From Candidatus Kuenenia stuttgartensis (GTDB lineage: Bacteria > Planctomycetota > Brocadiia > Brocadiales > Brocadiaceae), in NCBI RefSeq assembly GCF_900232105.1, contig NZ_LT934425.1:1680001-1712000 (forward strand): 32,000 nucleotides of DNA, given 5' to 3'. The position numbers and the translations under genes were made by a program. Below are positions 8,149-17,474 of the stretch, in pieces. The notes under the pieces were generated by a model. That model was given only the letters and a program-made list of their open reading frames with translations, was not told the DNA's origin and did not search any database. Every line of letters starts with the position of its first letter. Position 1 is the first letter of the stretch.

Positions 8149-8787
8149 ATGTTAAAACTTAGAAAGTGGGGGAATGCGGGTTTTACCCTGATTGAGCTGC
8201 TGGTGGTAATTGCCATTATCGGCATCCTTGCCGGTATACTGCTGCCGGTGCTTGGTAAGGCACGTGAATCGGCACGAAAGACGCAATGCGCATCAAATTT
8301 GAAACAGATTGGACTGGCGCTGAATATGTTTGCCAATGATAATGGTGAAGCTTTTCCCAATAAGGGTACAGGTATGACTTCCTTGGGACAATTGTTTAAT
8401 ACATATATTACTGACAGGAAAATATTTCGTTGCCCAAGTGATAGCGGTGTGACAGAGGAAAATAATTTAAAGTTAGCCGAGATGTCTGAAGGACCGCTAG
8501 TTGAGAACACTAACTTTACTATAGATAAATGTAGTTATGGTTACGATGGTAATCATACGGCAGCAGATGACCCAGGCGTAGTGTTGGCAGCAGATGCGCG
8601 AGGATCAAGTACCGCTGGCACTAATTCAGATAATCATAACCAAACCGGTCAAAATGTGCTTTACCTGGATGGACACGTGGAATGGAAAGGCACTGCCACA
8701 TGCGGATATTATGAGGGTACAGCGTCAACGTATGATAATATTTACGCAGGAACAGGGGGCGGTACGGATACCGCAATATTACAATAA
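8149..8787 (+). CDS. Type II secretion/type IV pilin-like prepilin (pseudopilin) with DUF1559/H-X9-DG-like C-terminus
   Basis: [48 protein letters not shown]...[19 protein letters not shown]. Gly-Phe prepilin peptidase site with N-methylation motif. Confidence 0.92.
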   Translation: MLKLRKWGNAGFTLIELLVVIAIIGILAGILLPVLGKARESARKTQCASNLKQIGLALNMFANDNGEAFPNKGTGMTSLGQLFNTYITDRKIFRCPSDSGVTEENNLKLAEMSEGPLVENTNFTIDKCSYGYDGNHTAADDPGVVLAADARGSSTAGTNSDNHNQTGQNVLYLDGHVEWKGTATCGYYEGTASTYDNIYAGTGGGTDTAILQ

Positions 8788-8905
8788 TAATTTTTTTTCT
8801 TTCTCTTACTAAAAAGGGTGATATTCATAATGGATATTGCCCTTTTTTATTACTTGTTCAAGGGTGTCAATTACAATCCACCTTCATTTTCATGAGATAC
8901 TTGCC

Positions 8906-9535
8906 ATGTTCAAATTAAAAACCCGGGGGATTTCTGGTTTTACATTAATCGAATTGCTGGTAGTAATTGCAATTATTGGCATTCTGGTATCTATCCTCTT
9001 GCCGGTTTTGGGAAAGGCGCGGGAATCCGCACGTAGAACGCAGTGTGCATCAAACCTGAAGCATATTGGCCTGGCGCTTCGAATGTATGCTAATGATCAT
9101 GATGGGGCGTTTCCTGCCGGAGGAAGCACGGGCATGGAATCGCTCGGCACATTATACAATAAATATATAATTGAGCGAAAAATCTTTCGTTGCCCAGGCG
9201 ATAGCGACGTTAGCGAAGCGAATAATCTGAATCTGACGGCGGTATCGGACCTTTTGTCCCCAAATACTTCATTTACCACTGCCGGTTGCAGTTACGGCTA
9301 TGACTACACCCACACACTGGAAGATGACCCGGGTGTAATCATAGCCGCAGATGCTCAGGGAACAAGCACTACCTGACGTTCAGACAATCATAATGAGACG
9401 GGACAGAATGTGTTATATTTAGATGGACATGTGGAATGGAAAGGCACTACCACCTGCGGATATTACAATGGTTCAACGTATGATGATATTTATTCCGGTA
9501 CGGGGAATGGTACTGATACCTACATAGCACCGTAA
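8906..9535 (+). pseudogene. Second tandem pseudopilin gene interrupted by an in-frame TGA at 9374-9376
   Basis: [41 protein letters not shown]... to GTSTT*. Same frame resumes [52 protein letters not shown], aligned to the 8149-8787 paralogue. Confidence 0.85.
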
Positions 9536-9641
9536 TGATTTTCCGGATTTTTCAGACGAAAAAAGAAAAGGATGCAATATTCTTTTTGAATAGTGCCCCC
9601 TTTTTTTGTTATAAAGAGAGAACGCTTACCATATTAAATTA

Positions 9642-9712
9642 TAGGGGCGAAGCATTTGCCATAAATTGTCGCAAATGTATGCATACCCAAACTGACAAAT
9701 GCTTCGTCCCTA
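9642..9712. repeat. Small palindromic repeat (MITE/REP-like), complete copy
   Basis: TAGGGGCGAAGCATTTGcc...gaCAAATGCTTCGTCCCTA; one arm plus part of the internal sequence recurs at 15609-15635. Confidence 0.75.
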
Positions 9713-9741
9713 CTTTAAATTCGATTATCAAGAAAGGAGAA

Positions 9742-10143
9742 ATGATGATACTTAATCCTGAAAAACACCTAAAAGACGCTAAACAAAGATTTTATAATTA
9801 TATAGAGGAGGACGTTATCCTTTGGCTTAAAGAAAGAGGAATAAAGGCCAAGCCAGATGAGGTTGAATTTGTTTATGGCACAAAGGAACATTTTACTTCC
9901 ACGGGATATACCGAAGGCTATTTTGCTGAATATTCAACAAAAGGGTGGAATAAGGTACAAGAGAATGAATTATCCGAAGAAGGATTAAAGGAATTAAAAA
10001 AAACAGGGGGATTGATCTGGCCAAATGTGTGGTATGCAGTCCGGCTGAAAGAAATAGATGAAATACTCCCAGTGGAATCCGGCGCAATAGAAGAAGCCAT
10101 TTTAAGCGGTGGAATCCCGGAAAAATACCGGGTTAAACATTAA
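9742..10143 (+). CDS. Hypothetical protein
   Basis: MMILNPEKHLKDAKQRFYNYIEEDVILWLKERGIK...; AGGAGA Shine-Dalgarno-like sequence just upstream (AAGAAAGGAGAAATG). Confidence 0.6.
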   Translation: MMILNPEKHLKDAKQRFYNYIEEDVILWLKERGIKAKPDEVEFVYGTKEHFTSTGYTEGYFAEYSTKGWNKVQENELSEEGLKELKKTGGLIWPNVWYAVRLKEIDEILPVESGAIEEAILSGGIPEKYRVKH

Positions 10144-10220
10144 CGGGAAAATCAAAAAACGACAGGATAATACAAAAAAATGTAACACTTTAGTTTTTTG
10201 AAAAAACACCGGCGGGTTCG

Positions 10221-10230
10221 TGTTTGCAAC
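10221..10230. repeat. 10-bp direct repeat GTTTGCAACC flanking the IS (left copy; right copy 12340-12349)
   Basis: Identical sequences immediately outside both element ends. Confidence 0.7.
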
Positions 10231-10320
10231 CCAATGTCATTAAGTTAAGCAATCTGCCAGAAAAGTCCCCCTTAAACTAGCGTGAGTTTATCACGAAATA
10301 AGGTGTAAGACAAAGACATC

Positions 10321-10362
10321 AAGTTGCAATCCAATGATTTGTATCGGGTTGCGACTTTTTTT
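10321..10362 (+). terminator. Intrinsic terminator inside the IS, upstream of the transposase gene
   Basis: AAGTTGCAATCC...GGGTTGCGACTTTTTTT: about 12-bp stem with a U-tract in the transposase direction. Confidence 0.7.
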
Positions 10363-10478
10363 GTCTAAAAAATTATGTATACACTGAATAATACTATATT
10401 TATATTGCATTATATGCCTGTATATACTATTATACACGGAGTATTAATCTATTACGTATACACTAACAACTAATAGCC

Positions 10479-12215
10479 ATGGCTACCATTCAATCTAAAA
10501 ACTCCAGAGGTTATAAATATTGGTATATTGTCGAATCGCGGCGCGTTAACGGCAAGCCCAGGCCCATCGTCCTGGCCTATCTTGGCAAGGCAGACGATTT
10601 ATTAAAACAACTGCAAGGTCTTACCGAAAAATTACGGCTCAAATCTTATTCACATGGCGCGGTAGCCGCATTGCTAAGTGTGGCCAATGCCCTGGACGTC
10701 CCTTCCGTGATTAATAAATATATAAAGTCGCCACGGCAGTATTGTGCTAAAAAACCTGTTCGAAATAATCTGACCGCCGGAAGTACCCTCTTGTTGGGTG
10801 CCGTGGGGAGAGTGTGTGTGCCTACCAGCAAAAGAGGATGGTGGGATTGGGCAAAGACGACTACTGCCGAATACTTACTCAGACACAGCTTGAGTAAAAT
10901 AGACAGTCAGCATTTCTGGGATTTGATGGATGCACTTCCTGAAGAATCCATTGCAGAAATCGAGCGCGAATTAATTGAAAAGACATTTAAAACATACAAC
11001 CTTCAAAGCGACACACTGTTTTTTGATACAACCAATTTTTTCACGTATATCGACACAACTAATCTGCGATGCACTATTGCCCGGCGGGGGAAAAACAAAC
11101 AAAAGCGATACGATCTCAGGCAGGTCGGGTTGGCGATGGTCGTTACACGTAACGACATGATACCGTTGTTTCACCATACCTATCAGGGGAACATGGCGGA
11201 TGCAAAGGTGTTCAGCGCGGTTCTTGAGACGATAAAAGACAGGATGACCGGATTAGGTTTCGACAGCAAAAAGCACACTATTGTTTTTGATCGTGGAAAC
11301 AATTCCATGGACAATATGGCTATTGTAGAGAGATTGGCATTGCATTACGTTGGAGCGCTTACACCGTATCATCACAAGCAGTTGGTAGGGGATGCCATGT
11401 GTAATTTCAGGGAATATGACGTTGACGGCAGTAAGATACAGGTGTACCATGACAAACGGGTTATTTGGGGGCAGGAAAGAACCGTTGTCGTATTTATTTC
11501 CGAGAAATTAAAGGTTGGGCAATTAAGGGGAATGTCTCAGTCTCTGGAAAAGGCAGAACATCAGTTAAAGCTCTTACAGCAGCATCTGTGTAATCCAAAG
11601 GGAAAGATGCGGGACAAAGAGGGTCTGGAGGATACGATAAGAAGTGTAGTGAAATGTCAATTTGCGAAGGATGTTATCGATTGGTCGTTAAAAGAGGTAT
11701 CTGAAGGCAAGTTTCAATTGAATTTTTCAATCGACCAGAAAAAGCTCGAAGAAATAGAAGGGGAACTGGGGTTCAGGATTCTTATGACAGACCATCACGA
11801 TTGGGATACCGCGGACATTATAAAAGCCTACTATGGGCAATCAAAAATTGAACATGCCTTTAGAAATCTCAAGAACCCCTATCACCTTGCTTTAAAACCG
11901 CAATTTCACTGGACGGATCAGAAAATCAGGGTGCATTTTTTTATTTGCGTCCTCGGATACCTAATGGCGGCGATTGTGTGGTATCAGGCAAAAGCGCACG
12001 CACAATTTAGTGGAACGTTAGATACCCTGTTAGACACCCTTAATAATATAAGGCTTTCTGCTATGCTTGAAGAAACAAAGGCCAGAGGGAGAGTTAAGGC
12101 TACCTACAAATTGGAAGAAATGTCCGACAAGGAATCTCTGTTGATGAATGCGTTAGGCATTATGGATTTCCACAAACATCGGCTGAAACTTCAAGGACTC
12201 AGTGTATACAATTGA
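10479..12215 (+). CDS. IS1634-like DDE transposase
   Basis: YWYIVESRRVNGKPRPIVLAYLGK..., FFDTTNFFTYID, IVFDRGNNSMDN, IIKAYYGQSKIEHAFRNLKNP (DDE_Tnp_1-type). Confidence 0.9.
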   Translation: MATIQSKNSRGYKYWYIVESRRVNGKPRPIVLAYLGKADDLLKQLQGLTEKLRLKSYSHGAVAALLSVANALDVPSVINKYIKSPRQYCAKKPVRNNLTAGSTLLLGAVGRVCVPTSKRGWWDWAKTTTAEYLLRHSLSKIDSQHFWDLMDALPEESIAEIERELIEKTFKTYNLQSDTLFFDTTNFFTYIDTTNLRCTIARRGKNKQKRYDLRQVGLAMVVTRNDMIPLFHHTYQGNMADAKVFSAVLETIKDRMTGLGFDSKKHTIVFDRGNNSMDNMAIVERLALHYVGALTPYHHKQLVGDAMCNFREYDVDGSKIQVYHDKRVIWGQERTVVVFISEKLKVGQLRGMSQSLEKAEHQLKLLQQHLCNPKGKMRDKEGLEDTIRSVVKCQFAKDVIDWSLKEVSEGKFQLNFSIDQKKLEEIEGELGFRILMTDHHDWDTADIIKAYYGQSKIEHAFRNLKNPYHLALKPQFHWTDQKIRVHFFICVLGYLMAAIVWYQAKAHAQFSGTLDTLLDTLNNIRLSAMLEETKARGRVKATYKLEEMSDKESLLMNALGIMDFHKHRLKLQGLSVYN

Positions 12216-12662
12216 TGTTGTGCTTAACGCATTGACTGTATTTATGTTACGTTGCTTCATGCCTTATTTTGTGATAAACTCACGCTAGGGGGATAAAGGG
12301 GGTTGTTTTTAATCAAATATCCTTAACTTAATGACATTAGTTTGCAACCTGAATCTACGCGTTTATGCGTATAATGGAGCCGTGTACTGCGGTAAAATTC
12401 CAATGCCCAAAATCACAAAATCCATGTTTGGAATGGGAACATTCTCGATTTTTGGTTAACTACTTGTACATTGACCTCAAGCTGGATGCTTATGTTACTA
12501 TTCTTCTCCTCCCCCGCTAATGGCATTTTACAAAAAATCTGGTATGCTCCCAATATTCGATATTCCTTGTTCTGCGGTTCGGTATTCTCTTAAAAAAACC
12601 GCCGAAGTCCTAATTTATTCGCTGAATAGTTATGATTCTTTTTAATAGCTACCTTTATATCC

Positions 12663-13340
12663 TTATCCCGTATATGCACACATCCCAACTCTCGGAGAGT
12701 TAACCACTGGCAGAAACATCTCCTCGCCGCACGCATGTTTGTCAGCGCACTTATCGCAAAGCCACCCTTCGCCTGAGTAGACACATTGTGAGCAGACTTG
12801 CGAAGCCGCCTCCCCGCATTCCATGCATTTTATTGAAGTAGCCTCATTCCTGGCCAGAAGCTGAATGGACTCACCCTTTGTTCCACCTTCCCGTTCAGAC
12901 ACAACTTTTAAAGTAAGATCCGTAGAGGTGCCGAAATCGTATTCATAATAAAATTTCATTCGGGCGACAAGTACCTTCCCCAGCGCAACATACATGTTTT
13001 TTCCTTCATGTTCTCCCATCGGACTTCGGGAGTATGTTGTTCCTCCTATTATAAATGCACTTAGGTGACTACAACACTCCAACCAGATATTTCTCAGGAA
13101 GCGATCTAAGCCTTCAAGCGTTGCATTCGCTGGTGCGGAAAGATGCATCCAATATTCAGGCGAGTAGCGTCCCTCAACCACAAGATGCAGTATTTTTGTT
13201 TTCTGCGGCTTCCGTTTTGCCGGTAATGTTTCCGATTCAACGTTTCTTTGCTTGCACGACGCCAGGTGCTTAGACATTGCCGACTTATCGAAGGTAGCAT
13301 TGCAAAAACCACACGTTCCCTGCGAAACGGCCTTGTCCAT
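12663..13340 (-). CDS. Zinc-finger protein with plasmid pRiA4b ORF-3-like domain
   Basis: N-terminal CGFCNATFDKSAMSKHLASC (C2HC/C2H2-like finger), then ILHLVVEGRYSPEYWMHLSAPANATLEGLDRFLRNIWLECCSHLSAF, then a C-terminal Cys-rich part. Confidence 0.7.
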   Translation of the reverse strand: MDKAVSQGTCGFCNATFDKSAMSKHLASCKQRNVESETLPAKRKPQKTKILHLVVEGRYSPEYWMHLSAPANATLEGLDRFLRNIWLECCSHLSAFIIGGTTYSRSPMGEHEGKNMYVALGKVLVARMKFYYEYDFGTSTDLTLKVVSEREGGTKGESIQLLARNEATSIKCMECGEAASQVCSQCVYSGEGWLCDKCADKHACGEEMFLPVVNSPRVGMCAYTG

Positions 13341-13347
13341 TTTTCAA

Positions 13348-15198
13348 CGGATGTTCACCCCTGCCAAAACGCATAAGTGCTTAATACATAGTTTGTTAAG
13401 GCTGTATTTTAATAAATATGTAGTCACTAATATATTGTTATTTACGACAATATACTTGACTGATAATGGTTGTTATCTGTACAATGGTGGACATGCATAT
13501 TGTAGAGAACAAGTCAAAATCCGGTAAAAAAATCTATCGATCTACCCTTCTGCGGGAATCGTACCGTGAGGATGGGAAGGTCAAGAAACGCACCATTGCG
13601 AATCTGTCGAATTGCACTCCCCTGGAGATTGAAGCGATAAGACTTGCACTCGCACATAAAGACGATCTCTGTGCATTGGGCGCATTGTCAGAATCGGTGA
13701 AACTCCATGAGGGTTTGTCTGTGGGAGCAGCGTGGAGCGTGTACCAAGTGGCAAAGGAATTAGGGATAGAAGAGGCATTGGGAAAGGACTTTGAAGGAAA
13801 GCTGGCGCTTTGGCAAGTAATGGCAAGGGTAATAGGCCGGGGGTCAAGACTGTCTGCAGTAAGGCTGGCGCAGATACATGCTGCGGGTGACGTCCTGGAT
13901 ATGAAGCGTGGGTTTGACGAGAACAATCTGTACGATAATTTGTCATGGTTGTCAGAGAATCAGGCAAAGATAGAGCGAAAGCTGTTTGAGTTAAGACGAG
14001 GAGGCAATAAGCCGAAGTTGTTTTTGTATGACGTGACGAGCAGTTATTTAGAGGGGAAGTCGAATCATTTTGGTGAGTACGGGTATAATCGTGACGGCAA
14101 AAAGAGGAAAAAACAGATAGTGATCGGTATGCTTTGTGATGAATCCGGGGAGCCGGTATCAACAGAAGTATTTAGGGGCAACACCCAGGATCCGAAGACC
14201 TTTGAATCTCAGGTAAAGAAGGTATTAGAGCGGTTTGGATGCAAAGATGTAACGATTGTAGGAGATCGTGGGATGATCAAGACGGTGCAAATCGAAAGTT
14301 TACCGGAAGGGTTTCATTACATAACGGCGATAACCAAGCCGCAGATAGAGTCGTTGATAAATAAAGGGATACTGCAATTAGGATTGTTCGAAGAAAAGCT
14401 CTGCGAGATAAAGGATGATGAGGTTAGATATATTCTGAGGCGCAATCCGGTAAGGGCGGAAGAGATGTCAAAGACCCGTGTATCAAAATTACAGAGTATA
14501 GAGAAATACATCGTGAAGAAGAACAGTTATCTGAAGGAACATCCTAAGTCGTCAGTATCGAAGGCCCTGGAAACAACAAGGGAAAGGCTAACGAGATTGA
14601 AACTTGATGGGTGGGTGCAGATAAAAGAAGAGGATAGGACGCTAAAGATAGAGAGAGATGAGGAAGCATTAAAGGAGGCATCATACCTTGATGGTTGTTA
14701 CGCAATCAAGACTGATCTTGAGGAGAACGAGGCGGATACCAATCTGGTACATGAACGATACAAGGATTTAACGGAAGTGGAGAAGGCGTTTCGGGACTGT
14801 AAGACGGTGAATTTGGAGGTTCGTCCGGTGTATGTAAGAAAGGAGGATAGTACACGGGGACATGTGTTTGTGGTAATGCTTGCGTACATGATAATTCGAA
14901 GGCTGCGCAGAGCGTGGAAGAATTTTGACTTGACGGTAGAGGAAGGTCTCGCACAATTGACGACCATTTGTTCGATGGAAGTAACAATCAAAGGCCAAAA
15001 AGCTAGTTGCCAGAAGATCCCGCGTCCGCGGCAACAATCACATGAATTATTAGAGGCATTACAGATAAAGTTGCCAGAAGTATTGCCAAGCCGGAACATA
15101 CGGGTAGTCACTAGAAAAAAGCTTGCTGTTCGGCGTAAAAGCCAATAAATATAAGGCTTTTACGGCACTTTTGTTTTTTGACTTGGGGTGAACATCCG
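13348..15198 (+). mobile_element. IS1634-family insertion sequence, complete
   Basis: TIR CGGATGTTCACCCC (13348-13361) / GGGGTGAACATCCG (15185-15198), with 6-bp target duplication TTTCAA at 13342-13347 and 15199-15204. Intact transposase. Confidence 0.9.
13466..15148 (+). CDS. IS1634-family transposase
   Basis: KPKLFLYDVTSSYLEGKSNHFGEYGYNRDGKKRKKQIVIGML, VTIVGDRGMIK, LDGCYAIKTDL, LTEVEKAFRDCKTVNLEVRPVYVRKEDSTRGHVFV. True start may be one of the internal Met codons (about 13487-13496). Confidence 0.93.
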   Translation: MVVICTMVDMHIVENKSKSGKKIYRSTLLRESYREDGKVKKRTIANLSNCTPLEIEAIRLALAHKDDLCALGALSESVKLHEGLSVGAAWSVYQVAKELGIEEALGKDFEGKLALWQVMARVIGRGSRLSAVRLAQIHAAGDVLDMKRGFDENNLYDNLSWLSENQAKIERKLFELRRGGNKPKLFLYDVTSSYLEGKSNHFGEYGYNRDGKKRKKQIVIGMLCDESGEPVSTEVFRGNTQDPKTFESQVKKVLERFGCKDVTIVGDRGMIKTVQIESLPEGFHYITAITKPQIESLINKGILQLGLFEEKLCEIKDDEVRYILRRNPVRAEEMSKTRVSKLQSIEKYIVKKNSYLKEHPKSSVSKALETTRERLTRLKLDGWVQIKEEDRTLKIERDEEALKEASYLDGCYAIKTDLEENEADTNLVHERYKDLTEVEKAFRDCKTVNLEVRPVYVRKEDSTRGHVFVVMLAYMIIRRLRRAWKNFDLTVEEGLAQLTTICSMEVTIKGQKASCQKIPRPRQQSHELLEALQIKLPEVLPSRNIRVVTRKKLAVRRKSQ

Positions 15199-15608
15199 TT
15201 TCAACACCTCCTGATATACACAACAGCCTAATAACAACATGAATTCAGTACAAACAGAGTGAATACGCATTACTGAACAAAAATATTAAGAACAATTTCG
15301 AATTTCGAAACAACTCCTAACGCATTCGGCCACAAATCGGAAGAGTAGAGGGGGGAGGTCTATTTTGAATTCTATCGGTAAGGGGTGGTTTAGCGGATGG
15401 ATGTCACAAGGAGGTGTGGCGCTCCTGAAAACAGGATTAATTATGGCTCTTGGCCTATGTCCTGACGCCCCAGGATTTCTCAACCTCTGTCCTGGTATTT
15501 GGACCAGTGATCATCCACCCAATAAATAGTATACTCATGCATTTTAAAGTGTCAAGTGTCTATTTTTAGAGCATTATTCTTCCTTTGATGTTTAGTTTTT
15601 TGAAAACG

Positions 15609-15635
15609 TAGGGGCGAAGCATTTGCCAGTTTGGG
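15609..15635. repeat. Partial copy of the GTAGGGGCGAAGCATTTGCC palindromic repeat
   Basis: GTAGGGGCGAAGCATTTGCCAGTTTGG matches the reverse complement of 9642-9712 up to the cAGTTTGGG segment. Confidence 0.65.
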
Positions 15636-15649
15636 GTAACTATTCAGCG
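15636..15649. repeat. Solo terminal repeat GTAACTATTCAGCG of the IS66-type element
   Basis: 14-nt exact match to the left TIR at 2482-2495; no transposase adjacent. Confidence 0.6.
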
Positions 15650-15653
15650 TAAT

Positions 15654-16028
15654 TTACTCCGGAATCAGGGGCTTTATAAATTGTGAAATGATATACCTGT
15701 TATCAGCAAGTTTTCGATAGAGAGCAAATAAAACTGATTTTATAACGGGCAGTTTGAATAATACGCTTAATATCCTGTAACCTCTTAAACGGCTAATAAT
15801 TTCCGGTATTACTTCGTCTCCCGCCAGGGTATGCCCATCGGGAAATATCAATTGCAAGGATTGCATGCATCTCTCTTCTGCCAGCCAGGGAAAGCGAAGT
15901 CTTCGTTCCTCAGACTGACACGAAACGAATTCAAAGATGCCTTTTCTTATTGCATGCAGTTCAATCCACTTCATACTTCCCCGGCATAAACTACATTTAT
16001 CGTCATAAATTAGCGCAACGTTCTTCAT
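15654..16028 (-). CDS. Thiol-disulfide oxidoreductase DCC family protein (DUF393)
   Basis: LIYDDKCSLCRGSMKWIELHA; 124 aa, typical DCC-family N-terminus with CxxC. Confidence 0.85.
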   Translation of the reverse strand: MKNVALIYDDKCSLCRGSMKWIELHAIRKGIFEFVSCQSEERRLRFPWLAEERCMQSLQLIFPDGHTLAGDEVIPEIISRLRGYRILSVLFKLPVIKSVLFALYRKLADNRYIISQFIKPLIPE

Positions 16029-16176
16029 TGCCGGTATCGATATTCTCTATTATAGTATTACCCTGTAAAAACTTCTTTTTTTTGTAAGTTTTTCTTTGTG
16101 TCCTTTGTGGTTAAAGGACAGACGCATGGCCGTGCGTCTCTACATTTCGGTTGCGGCCTTGCCGCGAGATGAATCA

Positions 16177-16722
16177 TTATTGTTTCTCCGGAATCTCTAT
16201 CTCGCATAATCTGATGCCGGATAAATTCGAAATATCTTTCACCGGCAATCTTCCGTCATAGAGGCTTTCCAAAATCGCATTACCGTTATTGTAGACTGTG
16301 ACGGGAACATCGTTAATATTCCTCTGGAGTAAAAATGTATAATGAAACCTTGTTCTGTCCCCTGCATTTCTTGCCATGACGGCCACGATCCTGTTGTTTC
16401 CCTTTCTTAATTTATCTGATGCATCACAAAAACCTCTTTGCTGAAATGTTTCAGCTTTTTTTGTGTCGATAAAAATCAATGCCACTTTGTCGCCTTCGGA
16501 TATTTCTTTAAGTTCAAACCCCAACCCTTCCAGACCGTCCGCTACAACAATTTTTAAAGGAGTCGTATGGGTAACCCTCTTCGTATCCTCCCATGCATTG
16601 GGGTTGTTTAAGAAATAGTCTACAATATTTTCACGTGCATAAGTGTCATTGCTTCCCGGAAAAGAAAGCATCATTATCACCATAAATAAAATTGCCATTT
16701 TTAAAAAGCCCATATTTGCCAT
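16177..16722 (-). CDS. Hypothetical secreted protein
   Basis: N-terminal hydrophobic signal (FLKMAILFMVIMMLSFPGSNDTYA); 181 aa; directly follows nadD on the minus strand. Confidence 0.65.
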   Translation of the reverse strand: MANMGFLKMAILFMVIMMLSFPGSNDTYARENIVDYFLNNPNAWEDTKRVTHTTPLKIVVADGLEGLGFELKEISEGDKVALIFIDTKKAETFQQRGFCDASDKLRKGNNRIVAVMARNAGDRTRFHYTFLLQRNINDVPVTVYNNGNAILESLYDGRLPVKDISNLSGIRLCEIEIPEKQ

Positions 16723-17340
16723 TTACCTCTTTGCATAAAGTGAATGTTTCCTGATATAGTTTTCCACGCGCTCGGGAACTAAATATTTTATACTCAATCC
16801 TTTGCTTAACTTCTTCCTTATTTCCGTTGAAGATATATCCAGAGAAGGAATCTGAACCATTAATTTTTCAATTTCTGCCTTCTTTTCACCGGAAATAGCA
16901 CTTTTCTTTATTATTTCGCCATTCAGCGTAATGGGAAACCTGTTGACAACGATAAAATGACACATGCAAGAAAGCTCCTCAATATCCTTCCATGTGTTGA
17001 TTTCATTTATCATATCTGTGCCCAGGATGAGGAATAAATTAGACCCAGGTCCGTATGTCTCCCGGAGTATTTTAATCGTGTCAATGGTGTATGATTTTCC
17101 GGGACGCTTTATCTCGATATCCGATACCTCAAAATGCTCATTATCCCCGATTGCTTGTTTTACCATTTCATACCGGTGAAACGAGTCTATCAGGCCGCCT
17201 GATTCCTTATGCGGAGAAATCCCTGTGGGGATAAATAGTATTTTGGACAATTTCCTTTGTTGAAATACCTCTTCCGCAACAATTAAATGCCCAATGTGAA
17301 TCGGATTAAATGACCCACCAAATATGCCTATATTCATCAT
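16723..17340 (-). CDS. nadD: Nicotinate-nucleotide adenylyltransferase
   Basis: MNIGIFGGSFNPIHIGHLIVAEE, IPTGISPHK, FLILGTDMINEINTWKDIEEL, SSTEIRKKLSKG. Confidence 0.95.
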   Translation of the reverse strand: MMNIGIFGGSFNPIHIGHLIVAEEVFQQRKLSKILFIPTGISPHKESGGLIDSFHRYEMVKQAIGDNEHFEVSDIEIKRPGKSYTIDTIKILRETYGPGSNLFLILGTDMINEINTWKDIEELSCMCHFIVVNRFPITLNGEIIKKSAISGEKKAEIEKLMVQIPSLDISSTEIRKKLSKGLSIKYLVPERVENYIRKHSLYAKR

Positions 17341-17474
17341 GTGTTTTTAGCTTGATATTTACAGTGTTTCAATGGTAGAAGTTTGATAACATATAACAAA
17401 TTAAATATCAGAACTATAGCAATTATTTCTTTGGGATAAAAGCATATTGCATAATTTTAGAGGGGCGGATGTAA

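Larger units (their letters stand above)
10231..12339 (+). mobile_element. IS4-superfamily (IS1634-like) insertion sequence, apparently complete
   Basis: Perfect 17-bp TIRs AATGTCATTAAGTTAAG (10232-10248) / CTTAACTTAATGACATT (12322-12338), an inner inverted repeat CTAGCGTGAGTTTATCAC (10276-10293 / 12270-12287), and an intact transposase. Confidence 0.88.

Noticed and set aside
9374-9376. TGA as a selenocysteine codon in the second pseudopilin
   Set aside because: No SECIS-like hairpin recognised just downstream, and pseudopilins are not selenoproteins; the paralogue has no Cys at this position.
15286-15483. 65-aa ORF (-) and a plus-strand open stretch near 15360-15530
   Set aside because: No recognisable motif or RBS; cannot support coding.
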